NCBI GenBank assembly: GCA_033762295.1
Contig: JANRLW010000002.1
Coordinates: 1 to 48,392, forward strand
Direction: 5' to 3'
Origin: Capsulimonadales bacterium
GTDB taxonomy: Bacteria > Armatimonadota > Armatimonadia > Armatimonadales > Armatimonadaceae
Length of the DNA stretch: 48,392 nucleotides
Shown one piece after another: positions 18,204 through 26,865 of this stretch. How positions within the stretch are numbered: the first letter of the stretch is position 1; every line of letters starts with the position of its first letter. The position numbers were made by a program, and so were the translations under genes. The notes beneath the pieces were generated by a model, which was not told where the DNA came from, ran no database searches, and worked only from the letters and a program-made list of their open reading frames with translations.

Positions 18204-20264
18204 TCAGGATGTGCCGGGCGGGTGCATGGTGAGATACTGACGATAAAGACTGCAGCGGAAGTCGACCGTGCCGTCCCGGCGTGGCTGGATGATACCCGAG
18301 GCGAGCAGCCGGTAGTACGACGTCTGATCGGTGTTCGGCGTCGCGCTGCCGTCCAGAACGGCGCGGACGAAGCGGGTCACTTCGGGCAGCTTGGAGACCG
18401 ACGCGTGAACGCGCTGCAGGTGATCGGAAAACGGACCGTTGTCACGGGCCGCGTCCTGAATCAGTCCGGCGAAGTCCCATTTGCCGGTCTTCAGCACGTC
18501 GAGGGCGCGTCGGGAAAGGAACGGCTGACCGCCGAGAAGGTCATGGATCTCCTCGGCCTCCTGGTAACTGCCGATCGGACTGCCGTAGCGACCGTTCAGT
18601 TCGAACAACTGTTGCAGGTTGAAGTTTTCCAGATCGAACCGGCGTCCGACATTGAACGGCGACTGGTTGAGGTCCTGAATGAAGAGATGCGCCTCGGTGG
18701 CGTAGGCGATGACCACGGTCAGTTTTTTCCAGGGGCCGTGCGGTTCGGTCGAGCGGGCGTTATGCCAGGAGCGCACCAGACCGAAGAAGTCCGAGGCGAA
18801 CGGTGCGCCGAAGAGTTTATCCACCTCATCCATGCACCAGACGAGCGGTTCGGGGGCGGCCTCGAGCAGTTCGCGCAGGAAGGTTTCCATGTTCAGATTC
18901 GCGCCGAAGATATCGTCCCATTCGTTCTCGAAGTCGTATTTGAACTTGAGCTGTCGGGCGAGGGTGGCGGCGAGAAGGCGATAGAAAACATCCTCGGACG
19001 CCATCTGGGTCGCGGTCAGTTTCTGGAAGTCGGTCAGGCCGACGCGCCAGCCGAGGTCCCGCGACTGCTGCGCCGCCCGCGCCTGCAGGGACGTTTTGCC
19101 CATCTGCCGCGCGCCCTTGATCAGCAGAATGCTTTCCCCGGCGGCGACCGCCTGCTGCATCTCCCGATCGCAGCCGCGTTCGATATAGAAGGGGGAATCC
19201 GGAGGCACCGCGCCGCCGACCGGTTCCAGCCGGATTTCGGTATCGCGCGGCTTGAGCGGTTCCCGGATGGCGGAGATCAGTTCGGCCACCAGCCGCTGGT
19301 CGTCGTCCGGACCGCTCCAGAGGAACTGGTTGAGGGGGCCGATCACGGCCGCGACCGGACCGTTGACATCCTCCTCCTCCAATCCCAGGCGAACCGGAAG
19401 GATCATCGGCTTGCCGGTCTGCTGTTGCTGATCCTGTGCGGTTTCCAGCTCGAATTCGAGCATTTCGCTCTGCAGCGACTGGGGCGAGACGACGGCGATG
19501 ACGGCGTCGGCCTCCCGAATCCGCTCCTCGACCTCCTTCAGCCAGGCGCTGCTGACCTTGCGCCCCCGGTCGACGTACACACTCAACCCGTCCGCCCGGA
19601 GACGTTCCTCCAGGTAGGCAAGCATCTGCTCGTCGGCCTGCTCCCCGCGTCGATAGAGAATGGCGACCCGGGGAACCGAACCGGCGGCGGCGACCAGGGG
19701 TTGCAGTTTGCGTGGCGTATCGGTCCGTCCGAAGCCGTCGCCATGGATCATCGAAACGGAGAGGCGCAGGTTATGTTTGGCCACACCTTCGCCGCCCGCC
19801 TTGACCAGGGGCTGGAAGTCGTCAAACTGCGTCAGCCAGGTCGCTGACAGCGCGGAGAGCAGGATGTGACCGTCATCGCCGAAATCCATCACTCGCTGGG
19901 CGGTATTCACGCCCTCGCCGACGATGTTCTCGTTGCCGGCGATGTCGAGTTGCCGGTAGACCAGGCCGCTATGGATGCCCATACGGACCGGGATCGGCGG
20001 CGGGGTTTTCAGAGCGCGGGCGATCTCGATCGCGCAGCGCACGGGGGCGGTCACATCCTCCCAGAAGAGCAGAATCATGCCGTCGCCCGTCGCCACCGGC
20101 TGTGCCGCGCCGCGCTCCCGGGCGGCGCTATACGTGGGCGCGCCGTTGACCGCGGCGTTCAGTCGCTCCATCGTCAGCGGCTGTACGGTCATGCTCAGTC
20201 GGGAGAAACCGACGATATCCAGAAACAGGACATGGGCGATCTGGGCGTTTTGGGCGTCGGACAT
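18204..20264 (-). CDS. Class III nucleotide cyclase - TIR - AAA_35 (STAND-like NTPase) fusion protein
   Basis: Cyclase FLDIVGFS/TGDG/RMGIHSG/VNTAQRV; TIR-like ILYRR..D/VYVD/ADAVIAVVSPQSLQSEMLEFEL; AAA_35 GGAVPPDSPFYIER/GARQMGKTSL/MDEVD/QSPFNVG/GGQPFL. Confidence 0.88.
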   Translation of the reverse strand: MSDAQNAQIAHVLFLDIVGFSRLSMTVQPLTMERLNAAVNGAPTYSAARERGAAQPVATGDGMILLFWEDVTAPVRCAIEIARALKTPPPIPVRMGIHSGLVYRQLDIAGNENIVGEGVNTAQRVMDFGDDGHILLSALSATWLTQFDDFQPLVKAGGEGVAKHNLRLSVSMIHGDGFGRTDTPRKLQPLVAAAGSVPRVAILYRRGEQADEQMLAYLEERLRADGLSVYVDRGRKVSSAWLKEVEERIREADAVIAVVSPQSLQSEMLEFELETAQDQQQQTGKPMILPVRLGLEEEDVNGPVAAVIGPLNQFLWSGPDDDQRLVAELISAIREPLKPRDTEIRLEPVGGAVPPDSPFYIERGCDREMQQAVAAGESILLIKGARQMGKTSLQARAAQQSRDLGWRVGLTDFQKLTATQMASEDVFYRLLAATLARQLKFKYDFENEWDDIFGANLNMETFLRELLEAAPEPLVWCMDEVDKLFGAPFASDFFGLVRSWHNARSTEPHGPWKKLTVVIAYATEAHLFIQDLNQSPFNVGRRFDLENFNLQQLFELNGRYGSPIGSYQEAEEIHDLLGGQPFLSRRALDVLKTGKWDFAGLIQDAARDNGPFSDHLQRVHASVSKLPEVTRFVRAVLDGSATPNTDQTSYYRLLASGIIQPRRDGTVDFRCSLYRQYLTMHPPGTS

Positions 20265-20332
20265 AAAAGACTTTCGCGGAACCGGGGTCACGGGAGACAA
20301 CCGTCCGGCGGAACGGTACCTCGTGCCTCCCT

Positions 20333-20361
20333 ATTTTACACGCTTCGCGTACGTAAATGAA
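20333..20361 (-). promoter_or_regulatory. Putative sigma70 promoter of the cyclase-TIR-AAA gene
   Basis: Minus strand TTCATT-N17-TAAAAT. Confidence 0.45.
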
Positions 20362-20408
20362 GATGTTTTTCAGGAAGGGCAAGCGCATCCGAAACGGGGG
20401 GGGGGCGG

Positions 20409-20437
20409 TTGACGGTCGGCACGCCGGATGATATAGT
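20409..20437 (+). promoter_or_regulatory. Sigma70 promoter of tRNA-Trp
   Basis: TTGACG-N17-TATAGT with extended TGn, 21 nt upstream of the tRNA. Confidence 0.85.
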
Positions 20438-20458
20438 GACGGAGCGGTTTCCCCATCG

Positions 20459-20530
20459 GGGGGTGTAGTTCAGTGGTAGAACGTCGGTCTCCAAAACCGA
20501 ATGTCGTGGGTTCGAGTCCTGCCACCCCCG
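20459..20530 (+). tRNA. trnW: tRNA-Trp (CCA); 3' CCA not encoded
   Basis: Acceptor GGGGGTG/CACCCCC, G discriminator, D arm GTTC AGTGGTA GAAC, anticodon arm TCGGT-CTCCAAA-ACCGA, T arm GTGGG-TTCGAGT-CCTGC. Confidence 0.97.
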
Positions 20531-20535
20531 TTGAA

Positions 20536-20565
20536 AAAAGCCGGAGCCGGAAGGCTCCGGCTTTT
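20536..20565 (+). terminator. Intrinsic (possibly bidirectional) terminator after tRNA-Trp
   Basis: AAAAGCCGGAGCC-GGAA-GGCTCCGGCTTTT. Confidence 0.9.
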
Positions 20566-20657
20566 CGTTGCTCCGACCAAAATTTAACCCCCCCTTAACA
20601 AACCTCCCCCGCTTCCATGGTAAGAAGAGAACGATTTTTGAAAGGAACCTGTTACCG

Positions 20658-21554
20658 ATGCTCCGCCTTTCTTCCGCACGTTCCGGCGGCTTTACGCTGA
20701 TCGAACTGCTCGTTGTTATCGCTATCATCGCGATTCTTGCCGCCATCCTGTTCCCCGTTTTCGCCCAGGCCCGTGAAAAGGCCCGACAGACGTCCTGTCT
20801 CTCCAACTGCAAACAGATCGGTCTCGGTCTGTTCATGTACGTCCAGGATTATGACGAACGCTATCCCGGCGCGCTGCAGTCCGTTCCGCCCATCAATGGC
20901 GGCAGCACGACGGACCGACGTATGCCGCTGGATCGACAGCTTGACCCGTACGTCAAGAACGACCAGATATGGCGATGTCCGAGCGATTCCGTGCGCGGCT
21001 TCCCCGCCAGCGATACCCGGATTCAATTCTGGGACGGAACCTACCGTGCGCGTAGCCTCTTCCGCTCCTACCAGTATGTGGCGGAAATCTACACGGTCGC
21101 CGGTGTCGCCGCCGCCGGTGGGGCCGCGGTTCGTGATACCAATACCGGTCTCAGCACCTACGCCGGGAACGCCGCCTACGATTCGCCGAACCCGGCTCGC
21201 GGCAAGGTTCTCGCCCAGATCGACCGCCCGTCGGAAACCATCGCCATTCTCGAAGCCTGGGTCAATGACCCGGCCGGGTTTACCAATGTTTCCTATGTCG
21301 GCAGCTCGCATAGCATGGTATTTACCAACTGCGATGCCTGGAAACTGGCCGGACGCGACCCGCTCCGTACCGACGGCATCCACTCGCTCGTGCCCTGCGG
21401 CCCCGATACCCGCAAGCCGACCATGGGACATATGAACGGAGCGAACTATGTGATGGCGGACGGCTCCGCCAAGTACCGCACCTGGGGAGACGTCCGCGGG
21501 AACGACTTCTACCTGTTCAAGCTGCAGAAGCCGACGACGGTCGTGACCCCGTAA
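20658..21554 (+). CDS. DUF1559 prepilin-like protein with H-X9-DG motif
   Basis: [69 protein letters not shown]. Confidence 0.92.
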   Translation: MLRLSSARSGGFTLIELLVVIAIIAILAAILFPVFAQAREKARQTSCLSNCKQIGLGLFMYVQDYDERYPGALQSVPPINGGSTTDRRMPLDRQLDPYVKNDQIWRCPSDSVRGFPASDTRIQFWDGTYRARSLFRSYQYVAEIYTVAGVAAAGGAAVRDTNTGLSTYAGNAAYDSPNPARGKVLAQIDRPSETIAILEAWVNDPAGFTNVSYVGSSHSMVFTNCDAWKLAGRDPLRTDGIHSLVPCGPDTRKPTMGHMNGANYVMADGSAKYRTWGDVRGNDFYLFKLQKPTTVVTP

Positions 21555-21563
21555 CGCGACCGA

Positions 21564-23540
21564 TCACGGCCAGAACCCGTACATCGGGATGCCGGAAGCC
21601 ATGCTGAGCAGAGTCCAGAGGCTTCCGGCGACACACTCGCCCAGAATCACTCCGTAGAAGAGGGGCAGCAACGCGCGAAACAGCGGAAGACCGCCGTATC
21701 GCAAGATCAGAACCTTCAGGACCCAGGCGATCAGCATCGGCATCCAGAGGATGCCCATTCCCCACGACGAAGCGACGGCATACCCGACCGGATGGAAGGG
21801 GAAGCCGACGATCCGCATCCGAAGAAAATTCAGCAGAAGGGCGAACGCCGTTCCGACCCCGATAGCGATGGTCGCGCCGGTCTGGGGCGGTTGCGGGACG
21901 CGCACCTGCGAGCGAAAACGGTTCCATGGCTCGCTGCCGAAGATGGTGAAGACGTTCGGCGGACCGATGATCGCGCTTTCCGCTCCGTGGACGTAGCACA
22001 GGTGCAGGATCGCCCAGAACGCCAGCGCCGGTCCGACAAACCCCAGCACAAGCATCAAACCGAACAGAACCCGCGAAAAACTCCGCTGTTCCCGTCCGAA
22101 ACCGCCGCGTGACGCCGAGGCCAGCGCTTCCAGCTGGATCGGCATCGGATGGCCGCGATAGGCCCGGTTGAACCCGTAAAACAGTCCGAACAGAGTCAGC
22201 GTCTGCCGATCCACGCTGGTCGGTCCCATCACCTGCGGCAGGATGGTGTCGGGGCCGCCCATATGCAGATCGTGCACCGGCGGCCCTAGCTCCCCGCGCA
22301 TCCGGGTCACCGCCAGCGCGATCGCGAGGTAGATGACCCAGAACGCGGCAATATAAAAGGGCGACATTCCGGCGAACCGGCAGAACGCGCTGAGCAGGAT
22401 CATACCGATCAGGATCACCGCCGCCGCCGCGCGGTAGGAAATCGGGCTGTCGGCATCGTCCGGGGACGCGGGATGATCCCCCCAGAGATAGCCGAAGATC
22501 GTTTTCAGATGATGCCGACCGAGATAGAGCGCGGTCAGCGAGACTCCGAGATAGCCGCCGAGCGACTGCGCCGTCACATACGGAAAATTCGGGGTCCGGT
22601 CCCAGGCCATCGCCGCGCTGACGACCGCCTGCCCCTTCCAGAACCAGAAGAAGAACCAGGACGAGAACAGGAAATCCACCGGCAAAAACATCCCGAGCGC
22701 AATACCGAAGGGGTAGAACCCGATCGGAACCGTGCCGACCGCGCTCCACGGGCGATCCGAGAAGAACCGGTAGTCGGTCACTTTGATCGGCAGCATCGGC
22801 ACCGACGGATAGAGAAACGCCAGGCCGTTCCAGAACTGGAGCAGTACGGCGAGGGCGAAGCCGATCCATAAAAGCGGGCTGCGGAAGAGGGGCGTATCGG
22901 GCCGCGTGATCTCCAGCGGGATGGTCAGGATCGGAAAGGGGAGTCGTTCCCGTTCGGTCCACTGTCGGCGCAGCAGAACGTTCATCGCCAGCATTACCGC
23001 GCAGAGCACCCCGAAAAAGGCGCACCAGAACCCCAGCGGGACGATCCACGCCTGCCAGTTCTGCGGACGATAGAGCGAATCATGACCGGTATAAAAGGCA
23101 TCGAGCGCCGCCCTGTCGGTGACGACGAGCCACCGGGGAAGATGCGGCAGCAGTATCTCCGCCCAGTTGTTGGCCGCGTCCGCGTGCTGGTGCGCGTGCG
23201 ACAGGATCGGCAACAGCACCTCCGCCATGTCGTGCCCGGAAAGAGCCGAGGTCATCTGCAGGCTGAAATAGATCAGCAGCAGTTCGCCCCGGTGGAACGC
23301 CGCTTTCGGCGCGAACCGGCGCAGCAGGGCATTGACCGGGAGCAGCAGGCAGAGCCAGAAGATGCAGTTGTAGTAAAGCGAGGTCGTGGTCGGATGCCCG
23401 GCGTACCGGACGGTCTCGCTGAGAATGACCCAGTACGCGTTGAGCGGGAGCAGCACGGCTAGCGTGAGAAGCAAACGTGCGCGGAGCGGGAATCGTCCGG
23501 CCTCGTTGTCGGTCGCCATCGTCGTCGCAGGCGGTTGCAT
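21564..23540 (-). CDS. DUF6785/DUF6784 (OPT-transporter-like) polytopic membrane protein
   Basis: Many TM segments; RRQWTERERLPFP, RMRGELGPPVH, FPFHPVGY, YGGLPLFR...FYGVILGE; paralog at 37736. Confidence 0.78.
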   Translation of the reverse strand: MQPPATTMATDNEAGRFPLRARLLLTLAVLLPLNAYWVILSETVRYAGHPTTTSLYYNCIFWLCLLLPVNALLRRFAPKAAFHRGELLLIYFSLQMTSALSGHDMAEVLLPILSHAHQHADAANNWAEILLPHLPRWLVVTDRAALDAFYTGHDSLYRPQNWQAWIVPLGFWCAFFGVLCAVMLAMNVLLRRQWTERERLPFPILTIPLEITRPDTPLFRSPLLWIGFALAVLLQFWNGLAFLYPSVPMLPIKVTDYRFFSDRPWSAVGTVPIGFYPFGIALGMFLPVDFLFSSWFFFWFWKGQAVVSAAMAWDRTPNFPYVTAQSLGGYLGVSLTALYLGRHHLKTIFGYLWGDHPASPDDADSPISYRAAAAVILIGMILLSAFCRFAGMSPFYIAAFWVIYLAIALAVTRMRGELGPPVHDLHMGGPDTILPQVMGPTSVDRQTLTLFGLFYGFNRAYRGHPMPIQLEALASASRGGFGREQRSFSRVLFGLMLVLGFVGPALAFWAILHLCYVHGAESAIIGPPNVFTIFGSEPWNRFRSQVRVPQPPQTGATIAIGVGTAFALLLNFLRMRIVGFPFHPVGYAVASSWGMGILWMPMLIAWVLKVLILRYGGLPLFRALLPLFYGVILGECVAGSLWTLLSMASGIPMYGFWP

Positions 23541-23639
23541 CTGGGGCTATTGTACGGCAAAGAGCGGGCAAGAGCGGCCCTTCCTCCGAAAAAAGAGTCC
23601 GCCGAACCGAAATGCCGCCGCATGACGTATGATGATCCC

Positions 23640-24869
23640 ATGAATCGGCTTTTCCTCTGCGGACTCTGCCTGTTGTTGTTCGCGTTTCCCGTCTTCGCCC
23701 GGTCGGATGCCGAAATCGCGGCGGAACTGGAAGCGGCAGCACGGGCGTACCGCGTCCCGAGCGTCCTGCTCAAGGGATTGGCCTGGAAGCGGAGCCGCTG
23801 GCGACAGGCCGACGGCCAGGTGGGCATCCTCGGAGTGCCGGTCGAAGGACGTAAGGATGCCGACCGGTTGCGCGACGACTGGCGGTACAACCTCCGGGAG
23901 GGGGCAAAACGTCTGGCATGGATGTTCGCACGGTCACCGATCATCGGCAACGGGCGACAGGAGGACGGACGGAACATCCTCGAGTGCTGGTACTTCGCCC
24001 TCGGACGTTATGCGACCGGCAGGGAACGCGGTCCGGAGATGGAGGCGGAAGCCGATGCCGTGCTGGCCGCGATCGCATCGGGTGGGGAAGGACGCTGGCA
24101 ACCGGTCCGAATCACGCGGCCGTCGGCGGAAAAACTGGGCTGGGGACGGGGCATTCTCGGACCGCCCGCGCCGTGGCACTTCGGTGACGTGACTCCGCTG
24201 CCACCGGTCGGCGCGAAAGGCGCGGAGGTGGCGGTCGATCTGCCGATACCCTACCTGTCCCAGGTCTGGGATTCGCCGGACAACTTTGACGGAGGCGGCG
24301 CGTGCGGCCCGACCGCGATGCTGATGATCCTCGCTTTTCACGGCAAACTGCCGGAACGACCGGTCGCCATCAGGGATTCGTATCCGCACCTCAGCCGGTG
24401 GGGCGGCCATATCCCGGAGATTCAAAACGCGGTCTGCGATCCCCAACTCGGCGCCGTTCACGCCCGGATGCTCGATTACCTGCGCCCGTTCTATCCGAAA
24501 GTCGCCATTTACTATGATGCGCGGGCCACGCTCGACCGGGTGAAGCGCGAACTCGACGCGGGCCGCCCCGTTATCCTGGGGACGACCGTCACCCCGGCCG
24601 GACATCTGATAGTGGCGCGCGGCTATCTGGCGGACGGTCGGCTGCTCTGCAACGACCCGGCGGGGAACTACTATGAGGCGGCGCGGAGTGGCAGTCCCGC
24701 CGGTTCCTGGTCGCCGACCGGCAACCGCTACTGGAACGGCGGCGGCGAACGCGCGGTCTACGAGTGGGAGACGCTCGGGGTCCGCTGGGTGATGACGCTG
24801 GACGGCGCGGACCGGGAATCCGACCGCGCCGAAGACGAGGAGATGCGCCTGCCACCGAAAAAGGGCTGA
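23640..24869 (+). CDS. Secreted protein: degenerate lytic transglycosylase-like domain + C39-like cysteine peptidase
   Basis: Signal peptide; AAARAYRVPSVLLKGLAWKRSRWRQ...WRYNLREGAKRL; PYLSQ...ACGPTAMLM, GRPVIL, GHLIVARGY, CNDP. Confidence 0.8.
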   Translation: MNRLFLCGLCLLLFAFPVFARSDAEIAAELEAAARAYRVPSVLLKGLAWKRSRWRQADGQVGILGVPVEGRKDADRLRDDWRYNLREGAKRLAWMFARSPIIGNGRQEDGRNILECWYFALGRYATGRERGPEMEAEADAVLAAIASGGEGRWQPVRITRPSAEKLGWGRGILGPPAPWHFGDVTPLPPVGAKGAEVAVDLPIPYLSQVWDSPDNFDGGGACGPTAMLMILAFHGKLPERPVAIRDSYPHLSRWGGHIPEIQNAVCDPQLGAVHARMLDYLRPFYPKVAIYYDARATLDRVKRELDAGRPVILGTTVTPAGHLIVARGYLADGRLLCNDPAGNYYEAARSGSPAGSWSPTGNRYWNGGGERAVYEWETLGVRWVMTLDGADRESDRAEDEEMRLPPKKG

Positions 24870-24895
24870 CCGCGTCAAAAAAGACTTGACGGAAC

Positions 24896-24923
24896 TTGAA
24901 TATAGAGATATTTATATATTGAA
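24896..24923. promoter_or_regulatory. Imperfect palindrome, probable ArsR operator 1
   Basis: ttgaATATAgagatatttaTATATtgaa, 22/28 positions self-complementary, abutting the arsR-family ATG. Confidence 0.7.
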
Positions 24924-25253
24924 ATGAACAAGGCAATGGAAACCGAGACGACGGAACTGATCGACATGGAGACCCTGGAAAGGGTCGCCCCGATCATTCG
25001 CAATGTCGCCCACCCGCTTCGGTTGCGGATTCTGGATTACCTGAATCAGTCGGGAGAGCCGAAAACCGTCAGCGAAATCATGGAGGCGGCCGGAACCGGA
25101 CAGGCGATCGTCAGCCAGCAATTGCGGATTCTGAAGGATCAGGGGGTGCTGGTCGCAAAGCGAGAAGGCAATTTCATTCGTTACGCCATCGCCGACCGGA
25201 GCGTGCTGTTGCTGCTCGACTGTATCCGGCACCATAAAACGCGCCGAACCTGA
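24924..25253 (+). CDS. ArsR/SmtB family transcriptional repressor
   Basis: AHPLRLRIL, TVSEI, VSQQLRILK..GV...REG..IRY winged HTH; single C-terminal Cys (LLDCIRHH). Confidence 0.92.
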   Translation: MNKAMETETTELIDMETLERVAPIIRNVAHPLRLRILDYLNQSGEPKTVSEIMEAAGTGQAIVSQQLRILKDQGVLVAKREGNFIRYAIADRSVLLLLDCIRHHKTRRT

Positions 25254-25287
25254 CCGTTCAAAACGGCGCGTTCGTCGTCGACGATCA

Positions 25288-25307
25288 ACATAGGAAAATA
25301 GTTATAT
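25288..25307. promoter_or_regulatory. Probable ArsR operator 2 upstream of RND operon
   Basis: ACATA-N10-TATAT, same geometry as ATATA-N10-TATAT at 24900-24919. Confidence 0.6.
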
Positions 25308-25359
25308 CGTAATGATTGTGGGGTCCGGGAAAAGCCGACCCCGGATACATAGGTCTGCC

Positions 25360-26865
25360 ATGATAAACATCCCTTTGAACCGCTCCCAACGAGTCGCCGG
25401 CGCCCTTCTGCTGGGAGGCATCGGGGGCATCCTGTGGTATCTCCCGCGCGCCGGGAATGCCCGGGAGGAAAAGCATCCCCCCGCCGTTTCCGCAGAAGCG
25501 TCCGAAACAATCCCGGTAACGACAGCGGTCGCCGCCGAACGGGATTTTCCCCGCTGGCATGAGGCGACCGGAACCGTCCGCCCGCAATTCGAGTCGCTGC
25601 TCGCGGCAAAGGTGATGGGGCGCGTCGAGGAGGTGACCGTTCGCGAAGGCGACCGTATACGCCGGGGACAGACCCTGGTACGGCTGGATGCCCGCGATTC
25701 GGACGCAAGCATCGCCCAGGCGGATGCGGGACTGCGAACGGCGCGGGTCCGCCTGGTGAACGCGAAGGTGGCGGCACGGATGGAAACGTCGCTGAGCGCG
25801 GCGCGCATCGCCCAGGCAAAGGCGGAGCTGACCCGGAGTGAGGCCGCTTTGCAGGCCGCGATCGCCCGACGTCAACTGGCCAAGGCCGGACCACGACCGC
25901 AGGAACGCGCCCAGGCGGCGCAGGCGGTCGCCGCCGCGAAAGCCGATCTCGATCTGGCCGAAACGACCCTGAAGCGGATGACCGATCTGTTCGACCAGGA
26001 AGCGATCGCCCGGCAGTCGCTGGATCAGACGAAGGCGCAGTACGAGACGGCCAAGGCCCGGTACGAGCAGGCGGTTCAGGGGCGCGACATCGCCGAGGAG
26101 GGGACGCGAGTCGAGGAGATTCGCGCCGCCGAGGAAGGGGTGCGCCAGGCGGAGGCGGCGGTCCGTGCCGCGCGCGCGGGAGTCCGCACCGCCGAGGCCA
26201 CGGCATTGCAACAGGAGGTACGGCGGCAGGAGGTACGGCAGGCGGAGGCGCAGATCGGTGAGGCCGGAGCCGCGCTCGCTCTGGCACAGGTCAACCGGGA
26301 TTTCGCCGTCCTCGATGCCCCGTTCGACGGAACCGTCGCCGAACGACGGGTCGATCCGGGAACGCTGGTCAATCCCGGCGTCCCGCTGCTCAAGGTACAG
26401 GGCGGGGCGCGGCGGCTGGAAGCCGTCGTCCCCGAAAGCCTCCTGCCGACCATCCGAATCGGCGCGCCCGTCCGCCTGCGCTTCGATGCGTGGCCCGGGA
26501 AGACCTTCGACGGAAAGGTGGTGGAGATCGCGCCTCAGGGCGACAGCGGCAGCCATACGTTCACCGTCAAGGCGGAAATTCCGGCCGGAATCGCCGTCCC
26601 GGTCGGGATGTTCGGACGCGCGCGGTTCGATCGAGGGACGATCCGACGCCTGACCGTGCCCCGGTCGGCGATTCGCGAGCGTGAGGGACTGCAATATCTC
26701 TTTACCGTCGATCAGGAAGGAACGGCCCGGCTCCGGATGGTGACCCTGGGAACGGAGGAGGGCGAAACCGTCACCGTGCTATCCGGGCTGAACGCCGGGG
26801 AAACGGTGGTGACCGGCGGAGCGGAGCGACTGAGGGACGGCGCGCGCGTGCGGAGGGAATCATGA
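25360..26865 (+). CDS. RND efflux periplasmic adaptor (membrane fusion protein) with extended alpha-hairpin
   Basis: N-terminal [65 protein letters not shown]. Confidence 0.92.
   Translation: MINIPLNRSQRVAGALLLGGIGGILWYLPRAGNAREEKHPPAVSAEASETIPVTTAVAAERDFPRWHEATGTVRPQFESLLAAKVMGRVEEVTVREGDRIRRGQTLVRLDARDSDASIAQADAGLRTARVRLVNAKVAARMETSLSAARIAQAKAELTRSEAALQAAIARRQLAKAGPRPQERAQAAQAVAAAKADLDLAETTLKRMTDLFDQEAIARQSLDQTKAQYETAKARYEQAVQGRDIAEEGTRVEEIRAAEEGVRQAEAAVRAARAGVRTAEATALQQEVRRQEVRQAEAQIGEAGAALALAQVNRDFAVLDAPFDGTVAERRVDPGTLVNPGVPLLKVQGGARRLEAVVPESLLPTIRIGAPVRLRFDAWPGKTFDGKVVEIAPQGDSGSHTFTVKAEIPAGIAVPVGMFGRARFDRGTIRRLTVPRSAIREREGLQYLFTVDQEGTARLRMVTLGTEEGETVTVLSGLNAGETVVTGGAERLRDGARVRRES

Noticed and set aside
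17832..19847. 671-aa plus-strand ORF and other long antisense or alternative-frame ORFs (e.g., 3503-5062, 12326-13630, 26712-28445, 33886-35205, 42162-43544, 46530-47906)
   Set aside because: Shadow ORFs of well-supported genes in high-GC DNA; no recognisable motifs.
20396..20405. G10 homopolymer as a phase-variation switch
   Set aside because: It lies outside the -35/-10 spacers of both divergent promoters and outside coding sequence.
20459..20530. tRNA-Trp as an integration site for an island
   Set aside because: No integrase and no duplicated tRNA 3' end were seen. The 9-nt TTCGAGTCC match near 9420 is too short to be meaningful.
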